Notes: generated by a model from the letters alone, not told the origin. 63,366 bases of DNA from an uncultured Bacteroidales bacterium (GCA_964550205.1 CAZJYD010000008.1:1-63366), one strand, 5' to 3'; shown: positions 19,370-28,620, counted from the first letter of the stretch. Numbers and translations are program-made.

Positions 19370-20680
19370 ATGATTATTCCTGCGATTGAGAAAAAAACGT
19401 TTAAGGAAATTGATGAATATCAGGAAAAAAGGCTTAAGGTTACTTTAGACTATATAAATAATAAATCAGTATTTTATCAATCATTTTTCAAAAAAAATAA
19501 AATTGATATATCAAAAATTAATACCCTTGAAGATATATCTTTTATTAAACCAACTACAAAATCCGATTTACAAAAAAATAATATGAATTTCCTGTGTGTT
19601 GACCGTAAACAAGTAATAGATTATAATACAACTTCAGGAACAACGGGAGATCCGGTTACCTTTGCCACAACGGAAAATGATCTTAAACGACTCGAATATA
19701 ATGAATACCTGTCATTTCTGTGTGCTAACGGAACCAGGGAGGATATTTATCAGATCATTGTTACGCTCGACAGAAGATTCATGGCAGGATTAGCATATTT
19801 TATGGGTGCAAGAAGGTTGGGGGCAGGAGTCGTTCGAGTGGGTCCGGGTAACCCGGAGCTGCATTTCGATACTATAAACAGGATTAAACCTACTTCACTT
19901 GTTACGGTTCCGTCTTTCATATTAAAACTTATAGATTATGCTGAAAAAAATAATATTGATTATAAAAATTCTTCGGTTAAGTCAGCGATTTGTATAGGCG
20001 AGCCTATCAGGAATATTAACCTGGATTACAATGTACTGGGAAGAAAAATATTATCAAAATGGAATTTACAATTGTTTTCAACCTATGCTTCTACAGAGAT
20101 GGGTGCGGCCTTTACTGAATGTATTGAAGGCAAGGGGGGACATCATCATCCAGAATTGTTAATAGTAGAATTTTTAGATAGTAATGATAATCCTGTCAAT
20201 GAGGGGGAAATCGGAGAATTAACAGTAACCACATTGGGTGTGGAAGCTATGCCTATGCTGCGATTCAAAACCGGGGATGTTTGCAAACATTACAAAGAAC
20301 CTTGCAAATGTGGCAGAAACACTATAAGAATTGGCCCTATACTTGGTAGAAAAAATCAAATGATAAAGTATAAGGGTACTACATTATATCCTTCTGCGTT
20401 TTATGATATTTTGAATGAGATAAGCGGAGTGAATACTTATGTAATTGAGTTATCAACAAGTAATATTAATACTGATGAAATACTTATTAAAATAGGCACT
20501 GAACGCAGAGATGAAGAATTGATAAAAAGAATAAAGAATCATTTCAGGGCCAAGTTAAGGGTTGCACCTGCTATTGAACTGTTTACAACTGAAGAAATAA
20601 CAAAGCTCCAATTTCCAAAAAACAGCAGAAAGGCCATCAAATTCATTGATAAAAGAAAAAATGCGTTTAATGGATGTTGA
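19370..20680 (+). CDS. PaaK/F390-synthetase-type adenylate-forming enzyme (aryl acid-CoA/ACP ligase)
   Basis: TSGTTGDPV adenylation motif, ~435-aa short ANL architecture typical of phenylacetate-CoA-ligase-like enzymes. Confidence 0.78.
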   Translation: MIIPAIEKKTFKEIDEYQEKRLKVTLDYINNKSVFYQSFFKKNKIDISKINTLEDISFIKPTTKSDLQKNNMNFLCVDRKQVIDYNTTSGTTGDPVTFATTENDLKRLEYNEYLSFLCANGTREDIYQIIVTLDRRFMAGLAYFMGARRLGAGVVRVGPGNPELHFDTINRIKPTSLVTVPSFILKLIDYAEKNNIDYKNSSVKSAICIGEPIRNINLDYNVLGRKILSKWNLQLFSTYASTEMGAAFTECIEGKGGHHHPELLIVEFLDSNDNPVNEGEIGELTVTTLGVEAMPMLRFKTGDVCKHYKEPCKCGRNTIRIGPILGRKNQMIKYKGTTLYPSAFYDILNEISGVNTYVIELSTSNINTDEILIKIGTERRDEELIKRIKNHFRAKLRVAPAIELFTTEEITKLQFPKNSRKAIKFIDKRKNAFNGC

Positions 20681-21824
20681 TAAAGAAATAGAATCACTGC
20701 GTCCTTATAAGAACTCAGAAGTTGCGGACGCAATTAACAGATTGATTTCACATCCCGGATTTGAAAGAATATGTAAATATTTATATCCCGGCCATTCAAC
20801 AAAAAAATTAATAGAATTACTTAGGAGTATTAATACTCTTGATGGATTTCAGAGTAAATTTTCACATGATGCAATTAAAACCGTACTTAAAAGAACATCA
20901 GACGGACTAACATATACAGGGATTAATAAACTTACTAAAAACCAGGGATATTTATTCATTGCAAATCACAGGGATATTATTCTGGATTCTGCTTTTATGG
21001 AATTGGCACTGGTAGAGAACAGATTTCCCACAACGCAAATCGCATTTGGCTCAAACCTTATGGCGAACCAGTTAATCACTGATCTGGCAAGACTTAATAA
21101 AGTTTTTATCATAAATAGAGGTGGTTCCAAAAAGGAAATATTTGAAAATACTTTGTTACGTTCAAAGTATATTCATAAGGTGGTTATTGAAAATAATGAA
21201 TCATTATGGATTTCACAAAGAAACGGCAGAACAAAAAACGGTGATGATAAAACACAAAGAGGATTGTTAAAAATGCTTGTCGGACCGCAAAATAATATAA
21301 TTCAAACCTTAATGAGATTGAATGTAATTCCGGTTACAATTTCATATGAGTATGAGCCCTGCGATATAGAGAAAGCTATTGAATTGTACATTTCTAAAAA
21401 AGCTAAATACAGGAAAAGCAAGAATGAAGATATAAATAGTATGCTGTCCGGAATCGTTAATCATAAAGGTCGCATGCATCTGACTTTTGGAAAACCTTTA
21501 AATGATGCACTTGAAAAAATGAAGGATGACAAACTCTTGCCGAATGATATATTTAACAACGCAGTGAATACTATCGATAACCAGATGTATAAGAATTACA
21601 AATTATGGAAAACAAATTACATTGCCTGGGACAAACTGAATAATAGCAAAAGATTTAATAATAAATATACCGAAGAAGAAAAGGAAAAATTTATAAATTA
21701 CCTGAATAACAAGATTAACAAAACTGATTTCACCTCAGAAAAAAATGAAATAGAAAGATTAATGATGGAAATATATTCCAATCCTGTTAATAATCTTGAT
21801 AAACTAGCCAACGTATTTTCCTGA
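20661..21824 (+). CDS. PlsC/LPLAT-type acyltransferase
   Basis: HX4D motif ANHRDIILD. Start uncertain: TTG 20646, ATG 20661 or ATG 20670. Confidence 0.75.
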   Translation: MRLMDVDKEIESLRPYKNSEVADAINRLISHPGFERICKYLYPGHSTKKLIELLRSINTLDGFQSKFSHDAIKTVLKRTSDGLTYTGINKLTKNQGYLFIANHRDIILDSAFMELALVENRFPTTQIAFGSNLMANQLITDLARLNKVFIINRGGSKKEIFENTLLRSKYIHKVVIENNESLWISQRNGRTKNGDDKTQRGLLKMLVGPQNNIIQTLMRLNVIPVTISYEYEPCDIEKAIELYISKKAKYRKSKNEDINSMLSGIVNHKGRMHLTFGKPLNDALEKMKDDKLLPNDIFNNAVNTIDNQMYKNYKLWKTNYIAWDKLNNSKRFNNKYTEEEKEKFINYLNNKINKTDFTSEKNEIERLMMEIYSNPVNNLDKLANVFS

Positions 21825-21852
21825 TTGATGTTATTTATTTCTTATCGATTAT

Positions 21853-21860
21853 TAAATTTG
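21853..21860 (+). promoter_or_regulatory. candidate -7 promoter box
   Basis: taaatttg fits TAnnTTTG, 56 nt upstream of the ATG at 21916. Confidence 0.3.
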
Positions 21861-21915
21861 CCGTTTTGTCTTTAGGAGAATATTCAAGTTATCTGATATC
21901 TTTAACAGATAAAAA

Positions 21916-23055
21916 ATGAAAATATATACAACAGGAGCGAACATTATAACATCACTTGGTTTTAATATTCAGAAGAATGTTGCACAGATAGAAAATGATA
22001 ATATTGGAATCAAATTAGATAATAGCAATCTTTTTGCTCCCTCGTTATTACCATTATCTTGTGTCAATAATGAAACACTTGGTAATAAAAGCAAAAAAAT
22101 TAATAACCACACCTCATACACCCGTTTTGAGAAATTATTGATTTTATCAATAGAAGATGCCTTGGAACAAGCATCTATTGATATTACAAGTGAGAAAACC
22201 GGGATAATTATTTCTACTACAAAAGGCAATATCGACTTGCTTGAGGAGAGGAATAAAGATTTGTTTCCTGCTGAAAGGATTTATTTATGGAAATCTGCGC
22301 AGATAATACAGGAATATTTAAAAAATCCTAATGCACCGATAATAATTTCAAATGCATGTATATCGGGAGTTGTAGGAATAATTACAGCAATGAGGCTAAT
22401 TGATTCAGGCAGATATGATCATGTAGTCGTTACAGGTGGAGATATAATGTCGAAGTTTGTGGTATCTGGTTTTTTGTCATTTATGTCATTAGATATTAAC
22501 CCATGTAAACCTTTTGATAAGAACAGGGAGGGCCTGACATTGGGAGAGGGTGCCGGCACTATTATTCTTTCTTCCGGAAGACATAATGATAAATACAAGG
22601 CTATATTTGTTAATGGATCATGCAGCAACGACGCCAACCATATTTCAGGACCGTCAAGGACAGGCGAAGGTTTATTAATAGCAATTAAAAACACGATAAA
22701 GGAAGATAAAAATATTGATTATATTTCAGCACATGGCACCGGTACTCTTTATAATGATGATATGGAATCAAAAGCATTAAAAAGGGCAGGAATTGCCAAT
22801 GTGCCTGTTAATAGTTTTAAGGGATATTTTGGACATACTCTTGGTGCTGCAGGAATTATTGAAACTATTTTGGGAATTTATTCCATGGAAAATAATGTTT
22901 TATTCAGAACAGCTAATTATGAAGAGTTTGGTGTAGCAGAAAATATTAATGTTATTTCCACTACAAGGGCGGAGGATATTAAAACGGTTTTGAAGACTGC
23001 ATCAGGATTTGGCGGGTGCAATGCAGCTTTATTAATCAAAAAAGGGATGAAATAG
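21916..23055 (+). CDS. beta-ketoacyl-ACP synthase (short KS)
   Basis: NACISGV (Cys), AHGTGT, GHTLGAAG, SGFGGCNA. Confidence 0.85.
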   Translation: MKIYTTGANIITSLGFNIQKNVAQIENDNIGIKLDNSNLFAPSLLPLSCVNNETLGNKSKKINNHTSYTRFEKLLILSIEDALEQASIDITSEKTGIIISTTKGNIDLLEERNKDLFPAERIYLWKSAQIIQEYLKNPNAPIIISNACISGVVGIITAMRLIDSGRYDHVVVTGGDIMSKFVVSGFLSFMSLDINPCKPFDKNREGLTLGEGAGTIILSSGRHNDKYKAIFVNGSCSNDANHISGPSRTGEGLLIAIKNTIKEDKNIDYISAHGTGTLYNDDMESKALKRAGIANVPVNSFKGYFGHTLGAAGIIETILGIYSMENNVLFRTANYEEFGVAENINVISTTRAEDIKTVLKTASGFGGCNAALLIKKGMK

Positions 23056-23110
23056 GCTATGAAATCTCAATAAGTTTGGAGGATTATATTAATAGTTTGA
23101 AAAAAGTACT

Positions 23111-23743
23111 ATGAAACCTGATTTGTATATTAGTAAATATGTCATAATAAGGAATAATAAAGTTTATGTTAATGGAGCACTGTTAATAGACAAGCAAAAC
23201 GAAATGCTTAAGTTCAGGCAATTTGCTAAGTCTGTTTATTCCTTTTATAACGTAAAATATCCGAAATATTTTAAAATGGATAATCATTGCAAACTTGGAT
23301 TTTTGGGAACAGAAATACTACTTCAGGATTTTTCTCTTTACAAATATAAACCCGATCAAATAGGAATAATTCTAAGTAATTCCGAATCATCATTATATAC
23401 TGACAGGGAATACCAAAAGTCTATAAATAATATACCAAGTCCTGCTCTTTTTGTTTATACGCTCCCTAATATACTTTTGGGTGAGGTTTGTATAAGAAAT
23501 AAAATAATGGGAGAAAATATCTTTTTTATTAATGAAAAATTTGATGCATCTGCTATTATGAATAATCTCGATCTGTTATTCAGTTATACAGATACATGCT
23601 TATGTATAACCGGTTGGGTAAATTTTGCAGATCCGGATAATTATGATTCAGTAGTTTATTTGGTTAGAAATGAAAAGGGTGATGATGATTTACTTGAATG
23701 CAATGTAGGTAACCTTAATAATATTTATAATTTTAGATTGTAA
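23111..23743 (+). CDS. KS N-terminal-like half-domain protein, no catalytic motifs
   Basis: 210 aa. LGFLGTEILL and PSPALFVYTLPN blocks resemble thiolase-fold N-halves, with no Cys/His/His motifs. Confidence 0.45.
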   Translation: MKPDLYISKYVIIRNNKVYVNGALLIDKQNEMLKFRQFAKSVYSFYNVKYPKYFKMDNHCKLGFLGTEILLQDFSLYKYKPDQIGIILSNSESSLYTDREYQKSINNIPSPALFVYTLPNILLGEVCIRNKIMGENIFFINEKFDASAIMNNLDLLFSYTDTCLCITGWVNFADPDNYDSVVYLVRNEKGDDDLLECNVGNLNNIYNFRL

Positions 23744-23802
23744 AAAGTTAGAAATTCTAATTAATGATAAACCAAAATTTGCAAATACCAGAAATCATTT
23801 GA

Positions 23803-24996
23803 ATGTTTGAGAAAACATATATAACAGGTTTAGGGATAATTAGTGCGATAGGTGATAACACGGAACAAAATCTACAATCACTGTTGAACAAGAAGTCGGG
23901 AATATCAAAGATTGAACTTCTTGATACTGTTCACAAAGATGACTTTGTTGCAGGTGAAATAAAACATACTAACGAAGAATTATCAAAACTCTTGAATATT
24001 GAATACCTTGATTATCCACGTGCAACTTTGCTTGGTATGATAGCAGCAAGGGAGGCTTATAATAATGCTGAAATAGAAGATAGCGGTGAACTACATACGG
24101 GTATTATAGCAGGAACTACAGTTGGTGGTATGGATAAAACAGAAAAGTATTATAAAAATACCGGCATGAATACTGAATTTATTCGTGCACATAATTGTGG
24201 TTACTGTACTGAAAGAATTGCTGAGTTATTAAATATTACTGAGTATGCCTCGAGTGTTAGTACTGCGTGTTCATCGGCTGCAAATGCAATACTTTTCGGA
24301 AGCATGTTAATAAGACACAATATTCTTGACAGGGTGATTGCGGGAGGAATGGATTGCCTTTCAAAATTTACATTAAACGGATTTAACACATTGTATATAC
24401 TGGATAAGGATCAATGCAAACCTTTTGACAAGAACCGGAAGGGATTAAATCTTGGTGAAGGAGCAGGATTTGTTGTAATTGAGTCGGAAAAGAGTATAAT
24501 GAGAAAAAGCAAGGATCCGATATGTGAATTAACAGGATATGCTAATTCTAATGATGCTTATCATCAAACGGCTTTGTCGCCTGATGCCGAAGGGCCTTAT
24601 TTAAGTATGAAAAAAGCATTGGAGACAGGTAATGTTCAGGAAGGTGATATAGATTATATTAATATGCACGGCACCGGTACGGAAAATAACGATATCACAG
24701 AAGTAAAAGCATTAAAAAGGCTATTTGGTGAGGATATACCGAAATTCAGTTCTACTAAATCATTTACGGGTCATACGCTTGGAGCGGCTGGTGGGATTGA
24801 GGCCATATACTCAATATTGGCTATGAAGTATAATTTCATTCCTCCTAATATTAATTATAACGTTCCGATGGAAGAACTCAGTACTATAATACCGGTTACT
24901 GAAGTAGTTCGTGATGTGAAATTGAAACATGTATTGTCGAATTCATTTGGTTTTGGAGGTAATGATTCTACGTTACTTTTTTCTAATCTGAAATAG
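23803..24996 (+). CDS. beta-ketoacyl-ACP synthase (KS, pair 2; paralogue of 8129-9325)
   Basis: STACSSAAN, MHGTGT, GHTLGAAGG. Long identical stretches shared with KS pair 1 (GGMDKTE, SKFTLNGF, CKPFD.NR.GLNLGEGA, IPKFSSTKS.TGHTLGAA). Confidence 0.9.
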   Translation: MFEKTYITGLGIISAIGDNTEQNLQSLLNKKSGISKIELLDTVHKDDFVAGEIKHTNEELSKLLNIEYLDYPRATLLGMIAAREAYNNAEIEDSGELHTGIIAGTTVGGMDKTEKYYKNTGMNTEFIRAHNCGYCTERIAELLNITEYASSVSTACSSAANAILFGSMLIRHNILDRVIAGGMDCLSKFTLNGFNTLYILDKDQCKPFDKNRKGLNLGEGAGFVVIESEKSIMRKSKDPICELTGYANSNDAYHQTALSPDAEGPYLSMKKALETGNVQEGDIDYINMHGTGTENNDITEVKALKRLFGEDIPKFSSTKSFTGHTLGAAGGIEAIYSILAMKYNFIPPNINYNVPMEELSTIIPVTEVVRDVKLKHVLSNSFGFGGNDSTLLFSNLK

Positions 24997-25003
24997 TAAT
25001 AAT

Positions 25004-26059
25004 ATGTTTATTAACGGAGTTGCAAATATTTCACCTCAGTGTACATTTGATACAAATGATTTTCTTACCGATATTATTGAGTGCAAAAGATATTTAACTT
25101 GCAAAGAGCCGGAGTATAAAAAATACATTGATGCGAAAAAACTTCGCAGAATGAGCAGAATTATGAGGATTGGAATGACTTCGGCAAAATATTGCCTTGA
25201 TTCGGCGGGTATTGAGCAACCGGATGCAATATTTGTTGGTACTGGTTTGGGGTGTTTAAAAGATACCGAGAAATTTTTAAATACAATGCTAGATTATAAT
25301 GAAAAGTTCCTGAATCCAACCTCTTTTATTCAATCAACTCATAATACTATCGGAGCTCAAATTTCTTTGATGTTGAAAAATTACAATGATAATATAACTT
25401 TTGTACATGAAAATGTTTCCTTTGAAAGTTCACTGATAAATGCTTATATGTATATAAGTGAAGGAAGAGCAAAAAATATACTTATCGGAGGTATTGATGA
25501 AATTACAGAAGATTATTATATCAAAAAAAAGCAGATCTCGGCATGGAAAGATGAGAATGTTGTCAATACACGACTTTATATGTCAAAAACGGTTGGCACC
25601 ATGCCCGGAGAAGGAGGGGCATTCTTTCTTGTATCGGATAAAAAAAATGAAATCACATATTCTCAAATGCTTGCAGTGGATGTAGTATATAAACTTAATG
25701 GTATTAATGACCTGGAAAAAAGATTTTTGAAAATACTTAATCAAAACAATCTGTCTTTGGATGATATAGACCTTGTTATTTTAGGAAATAACGGAGATGT
25801 GGATAATGATAAGATATATTATCAATTGATGGAAAGCATTTTCAGGAATAAACCTCTGGCATATTATAAACATTTATGTGGTGAATATGACACCTCTTCT
25901 GCTTTTGGTTTCTGGCTCGGAACAATGATAATCAAAAATAATAAAGTACCTGATCATTTATTAATATCGCAGAAAAAACCTGACAAATTACAGAACATTG
26001 TTTTATATAATCAGAGAAATAATACAAACCATTCAATAATTATTTTATCAAAACAATAA
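25004..26059 (+). CDS. KS-like chain-length-factor type protein (CLF, pair 2)
   Basis: Paralogue of 9327-10379 (PDAI..GT.LGC..DT.KFL, NPTSFI.STHNT, GG.DEITE, CGEYDT). No active-site Cys. Confidence 0.75.
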   Translation: MFINGVANISPQCTFDTNDFLTDIIECKRYLTCKEPEYKKYIDAKKLRRMSRIMRIGMTSAKYCLDSAGIEQPDAIFVGTGLGCLKDTEKFLNTMLDYNEKFLNPTSFIQSTHNTIGAQISLMLKNYNDNITFVHENVSFESSLINAYMYISEGRAKNILIGGIDEITEDYYIKKKQISAWKDENVVNTRLYMSKTVGTMPGEGGAFFLVSDKKNEITYSQMLAVDVVYKLNGINDLEKRFLKILNQNNLSLDDIDLVILGNNGDVDNDKIYYQLMESIFRNKPLAYYKHLCGEYDTSSAFGFWLGTMIIKNNKVPDHLLISQKKPDKLQNIVLYNQRNNTNHSIIILSKQ

Positions 26060-26087
26060 ATCAAATGTTTAACTTAAATTATTAATT

Positions 26088-26732
26088 ATGAGAAAAAAAA
26101 CAAGCAGTTTATTAGTATTGGTTGCATTATTTGTAACCTTTGTATTTGCGGGTTGTGCTGTATCCCGAAAAGTTCAGTACGACAGGTTGAATTTAAATTT
26201 GCCTGAAGTAAAAACAGAAAGTGTCAGCATTGCAACCTGGGATCAAAGGAGTCAAATCCTTGATGGTTCGCGTAAACCTGATTTTGTAGGTTATATGAGG
26301 TCAGGTGCAGGAATAGCATACCCTATGGGTACAAAATCAGGAAAACCTTTTACTGATGACCTTTCAACTACCATTGCCGAGGCCTTTAATGAAGAAGGTT
26401 GTAGCACATCTATTATTAAAACTACTTATGATCAAGAAGAAGATGCAATAATAGATAATCTGTTAAGTAGTGGAAATGAAAGATTGATACTATTGAAATT
26501 GGATAAATTATATACTGATGGATACGGGGTTCAGGTTCTTAACTACGATATGCAATTAAGTATATACGATGCCAGCGGAGAATTAATGGCAAGTGAAAGC
26601 AATGAGGGCAATAATGAAATTGGAGGAAATGCTTTCTGGGGACCCGGTGATTACAAACAATATATGCCAACCGCATTAAAGATTATATTGGAAAATATGT
26701 TCAGTGATTCAAGTATAAAAGAAGCGCTATAG
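26088..26732 (+). CDS. lipoprotein of unknown function
   Basis: Signal peptide ending in the lipobox FAGC. Confidence 0.55.
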   Translation: MRKKTSSLLVLVALFVTFVFAGCAVSRKVQYDRLNLNLPEVKTESVSIATWDQRSQILDGSRKPDFVGYMRSGAGIAYPMGTKSGKPFTDDLSTTIAEAFNEEGCSTSIIKTTYDQEEDAIIDNLLSSGNERLILLKLDKLYTDGYGVQVLNYDMQLSIYDASGELMASESNEGNNEIGGNAFWGPGDYKQYMPTALKIILENMFSDSSIKEAL

Positions 26733-26765
26733 AAGCTGTATTTTTTAATATAGGTTGGTTGTATT

Positions 26766-26808
26766 GTGCATAGAGCATAGAGCGCAGGGCTCAGAGTTGG
26801 GTGACGGG
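26766..26808. repeat. GC-rich island with 7-bp tandem catagag x2
   Basis: gtgcatagagcatagagcgcagggctcagag... stands out from the AT-rich flanks. It resembles the reverse complement of part of the 33403-33464 island. Confidence 0.4.
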
Positions 26809-26865
26809 TTTCTAAATTATTTGTTGAATTGATAAGTGTTATGTTTCGCAGCATTCTTTAATGTA

Positions 26866-26887
26866 GCAAAATTTAAAGTAATTTTGC
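26866..26887. promoter_or_regulatory. perfect 8-bp-arm palindrome overlapping a -7-like box upstream of radical SAM 1
   Basis: GCAAAATT-taaagt-AATTTTGC. taattttg (26879-26886) fits TAnnTTTG, 30 nt before the ATG at 26916. Confidence 0.35.
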
Positions 26888-26915
26888 TGTCTGAATTGAG
26901 ACATTGTATTTTTGC

Positions 26916-28253
26916 ATGAATATATTACTGATAAATCCGCCACGTTCGCCGTATAATAATATTTTATCCAATGCTTCAGAAGAAGCAAAACAATTCATAC
27001 ATAAAAAGCTTATAGGTCCTCCGTTAGGACTATTAACTATAGCAGAAGCAGCAAAAGAATATAATGTAACTTTATTTGATACTAAAGGTGAATATGATCT
27101 CAAGCCGGACACTCCTCCTTTAAAAGAACTCACACTTAAATTACTTGAGAAATATAAACCTGATGTAGTAGGCGTTACTATAATTACATCGGAATTTAAT
27201 TTTGCCCTGGAAATATTTGACGTTGTTAAACAATACGATCCTGAAATACTAACTGTAGCTGGAGGTTTACATGCAACATTATGCCCGGAGGATTTCAATT
27301 TACAAACTATTGATATAGTTTGCCCGGGTCAGGCAGGGAATACATTCAGGGAAGTTATCAGAGCCAAAGAAAAAAACCGGCCATACACTGATGTTGCCGG
27401 CATATATATTAATACACAAGTTGGGCTAGAGAAAACAAAAGTCCCTGCAAATAACTGGAATGCTGCAGGTGATGATTTTCTAATGCCTGACCGCACCCTG
27501 CTGGAAAGATGGAGATCGACTTACAGGGTGAAATCGGCTCCTTATCCTACTACATATACATTTACTTCTTTGGGCTGCCCTTACAGGTGTTCCTTTTGTT
27601 CAATATGGTGTGAATTCCAGGGTAAGTTTTTTCAGCGTAATGTTGAAAGTATTATCGAAGAATTAAAACACATTGATTATAATATTGTACGTTTTGCCGA
27701 TGCAAATACCATTGTAAATGTGGACTTTGTAGAGCAATTATTTGACAGGATAGAAGAAGAAGGAATTAAAAAGGAATATGTTATGGATATAAGGGCTGAT
27801 ACTGCTGTTAAATATCCCTGGCTCATTGAAAAGCTTGCAAAAAACGGCCTGAAGGTTGTCATATGCGGATTTGAATCTTATAAAGATTCTGAATTAAAGG
27901 AATATAATAAAAATACTTCGGCAGGTTATATTGAGGAAGCCGTTAATATATTTCATAATAACGACATATTAATCAGGGGGAATTATGTTATACCACCCCA
28001 TTATGATAAAGATGATTTTAAAGCATTGGCTGAATATGCCAATTCACATAAGGTTAATTATGCCGGATATACTATTCTTACACCTTTACCCGGCACACCT
28101 TTCTATAAAAAAGTAAAGGATCAGATCATTGATCACGACTATGCCAAATACAACTTTTTTAACTGTGTATTAAAAACGAAGTTGCCGCTTGAGGAGTTTT
28201 ATTATAGTATTGGTTCTTTGTGGTTGATAAAAAGAGGAGTGGATACTATATAA
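26916..28253 (+). CDS. B12-binding-domain radical SAM enzyme (rSAM 1)
   Basis: N-terminal cobalamin-domain-like blocks (KPDVVGVT, AGGLHAT). CX3CX2C CPYRCSFC at nt 27576-27599. ATG at 26916 preferred over the TTG at 26904. Confidence 0.85.
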   Translation: MNILLINPPRSPYNNILSNASEEAKQFIHKKLIGPPLGLLTIAEAAKEYNVTLFDTKGEYDLKPDTPPLKELTLKLLEKYKPDVVGVTIITSEFNFALEIFDVVKQYDPEILTVAGGLHATLCPEDFNLQTIDIVCPGQAGNTFREVIRAKEKNRPYTDVAGIYINTQVGLEKTKVPANNWNAAGDDFLMPDRTLLERWRSTYRVKSAPYPTTYTFTSLGCPYRCSFCSIWCEFQGKFFQRNVESIIEELKHIDYNIVRFADANTIVNVDFVEQLFDRIEEEGIKKEYVMDIRADTAVKYPWLIEKLAKNGLKVVICGFESYKDSELKEYNKNTSAGYIEEAVNIFHNNDILIRGNYVIPPHYDKDDFKALAEYANSHKVNYAGYTILTPLPGTPFYKKVKDQIIDHDYAKYNFFNCVLKTKLPLEEFYYSIGSLWLIKRGVDTI

Positions 28254-28276
28254 TTCTCGATTATTATTTTAATAAT

Positions 28277-28305
28277 ATAAAATCCAATTAACATAAAATC
28301 CAATT
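28277..28305. repeat. 13-bp direct repeat ataaaatccaatt x2 (3-bp spacer)
   Basis: Read directly at 28277-28289 and 28293-28305, in the convergent gap between rSAM 1 and the truncated rSAM stub. Confidence 0.7.
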
Positions 28306-28319
28306 TTTATAATTCCTTA

Positions 28320-28616
28320 TTAGTTTTTATTACAATATTTGCAATTATTTTCCTGGTTGAATCTTGTAAGAAAGATGATGAAAACGATTCCGAACCCAAC
28401 AATGTCTGGTTTAATTCTTTTTGGTATGGATTCTATTTCTTCATCAATTATCCTGATATGATAATTATCAGGTGTAAGTGCTGCCAGGGTGGGTAATGCC
28501 AGCGAAGTGTTGACAATTATTTTGCCCATAATGCGAGCCATGGTGAATTGCGTTGCGTATTGCTTGTATTTCTGAAAAGAATTTACTAAAAAAAGTTTGT
28601 ATTTTTTGTTATTCAA
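28320..28616 (-). pseudogene. truncated N-terminal stub of a fourth B12-binding radical SAM gene
   Basis: The 98-aa ORF matches rSAM N-termini only (LALPTLAALTPDNYHIRIIDEEIE...KPDIVGFG, compare rSAM 3 PVVFAATLPDYVSVDLIDENVE...VDFVGIS). It then diverges and stops, with no CX3CX2C in any frame downstream. Confidence 0.55.
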
Positions 28617-28620
28617 GGGT

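Noticed and set aside
5244-26732. Flexirubin-type ring halogenase
   Set aside because: No flavin-dependent halogenase motif was seen. The only flavoprotein in this stretch (17757-19250) looks CrtI/desaturase-like.
26651-26854. 67-aa minus-strand ORF spanning the GC-rich island
   Set aside because: Its only distinctive segment (SPALYALC) is the translation of the catagag tandem and GC island. It overlaps the lipoprotein gene end, so it is better read as a non-coding repeat.
26873-27298. 141-aa minus-strand ORF
   Set aside because: It is fully antisense to radical SAM 1, which has strong motifs, and its sequence is low-complexity and Ser-rich. It is a shadow ORF.
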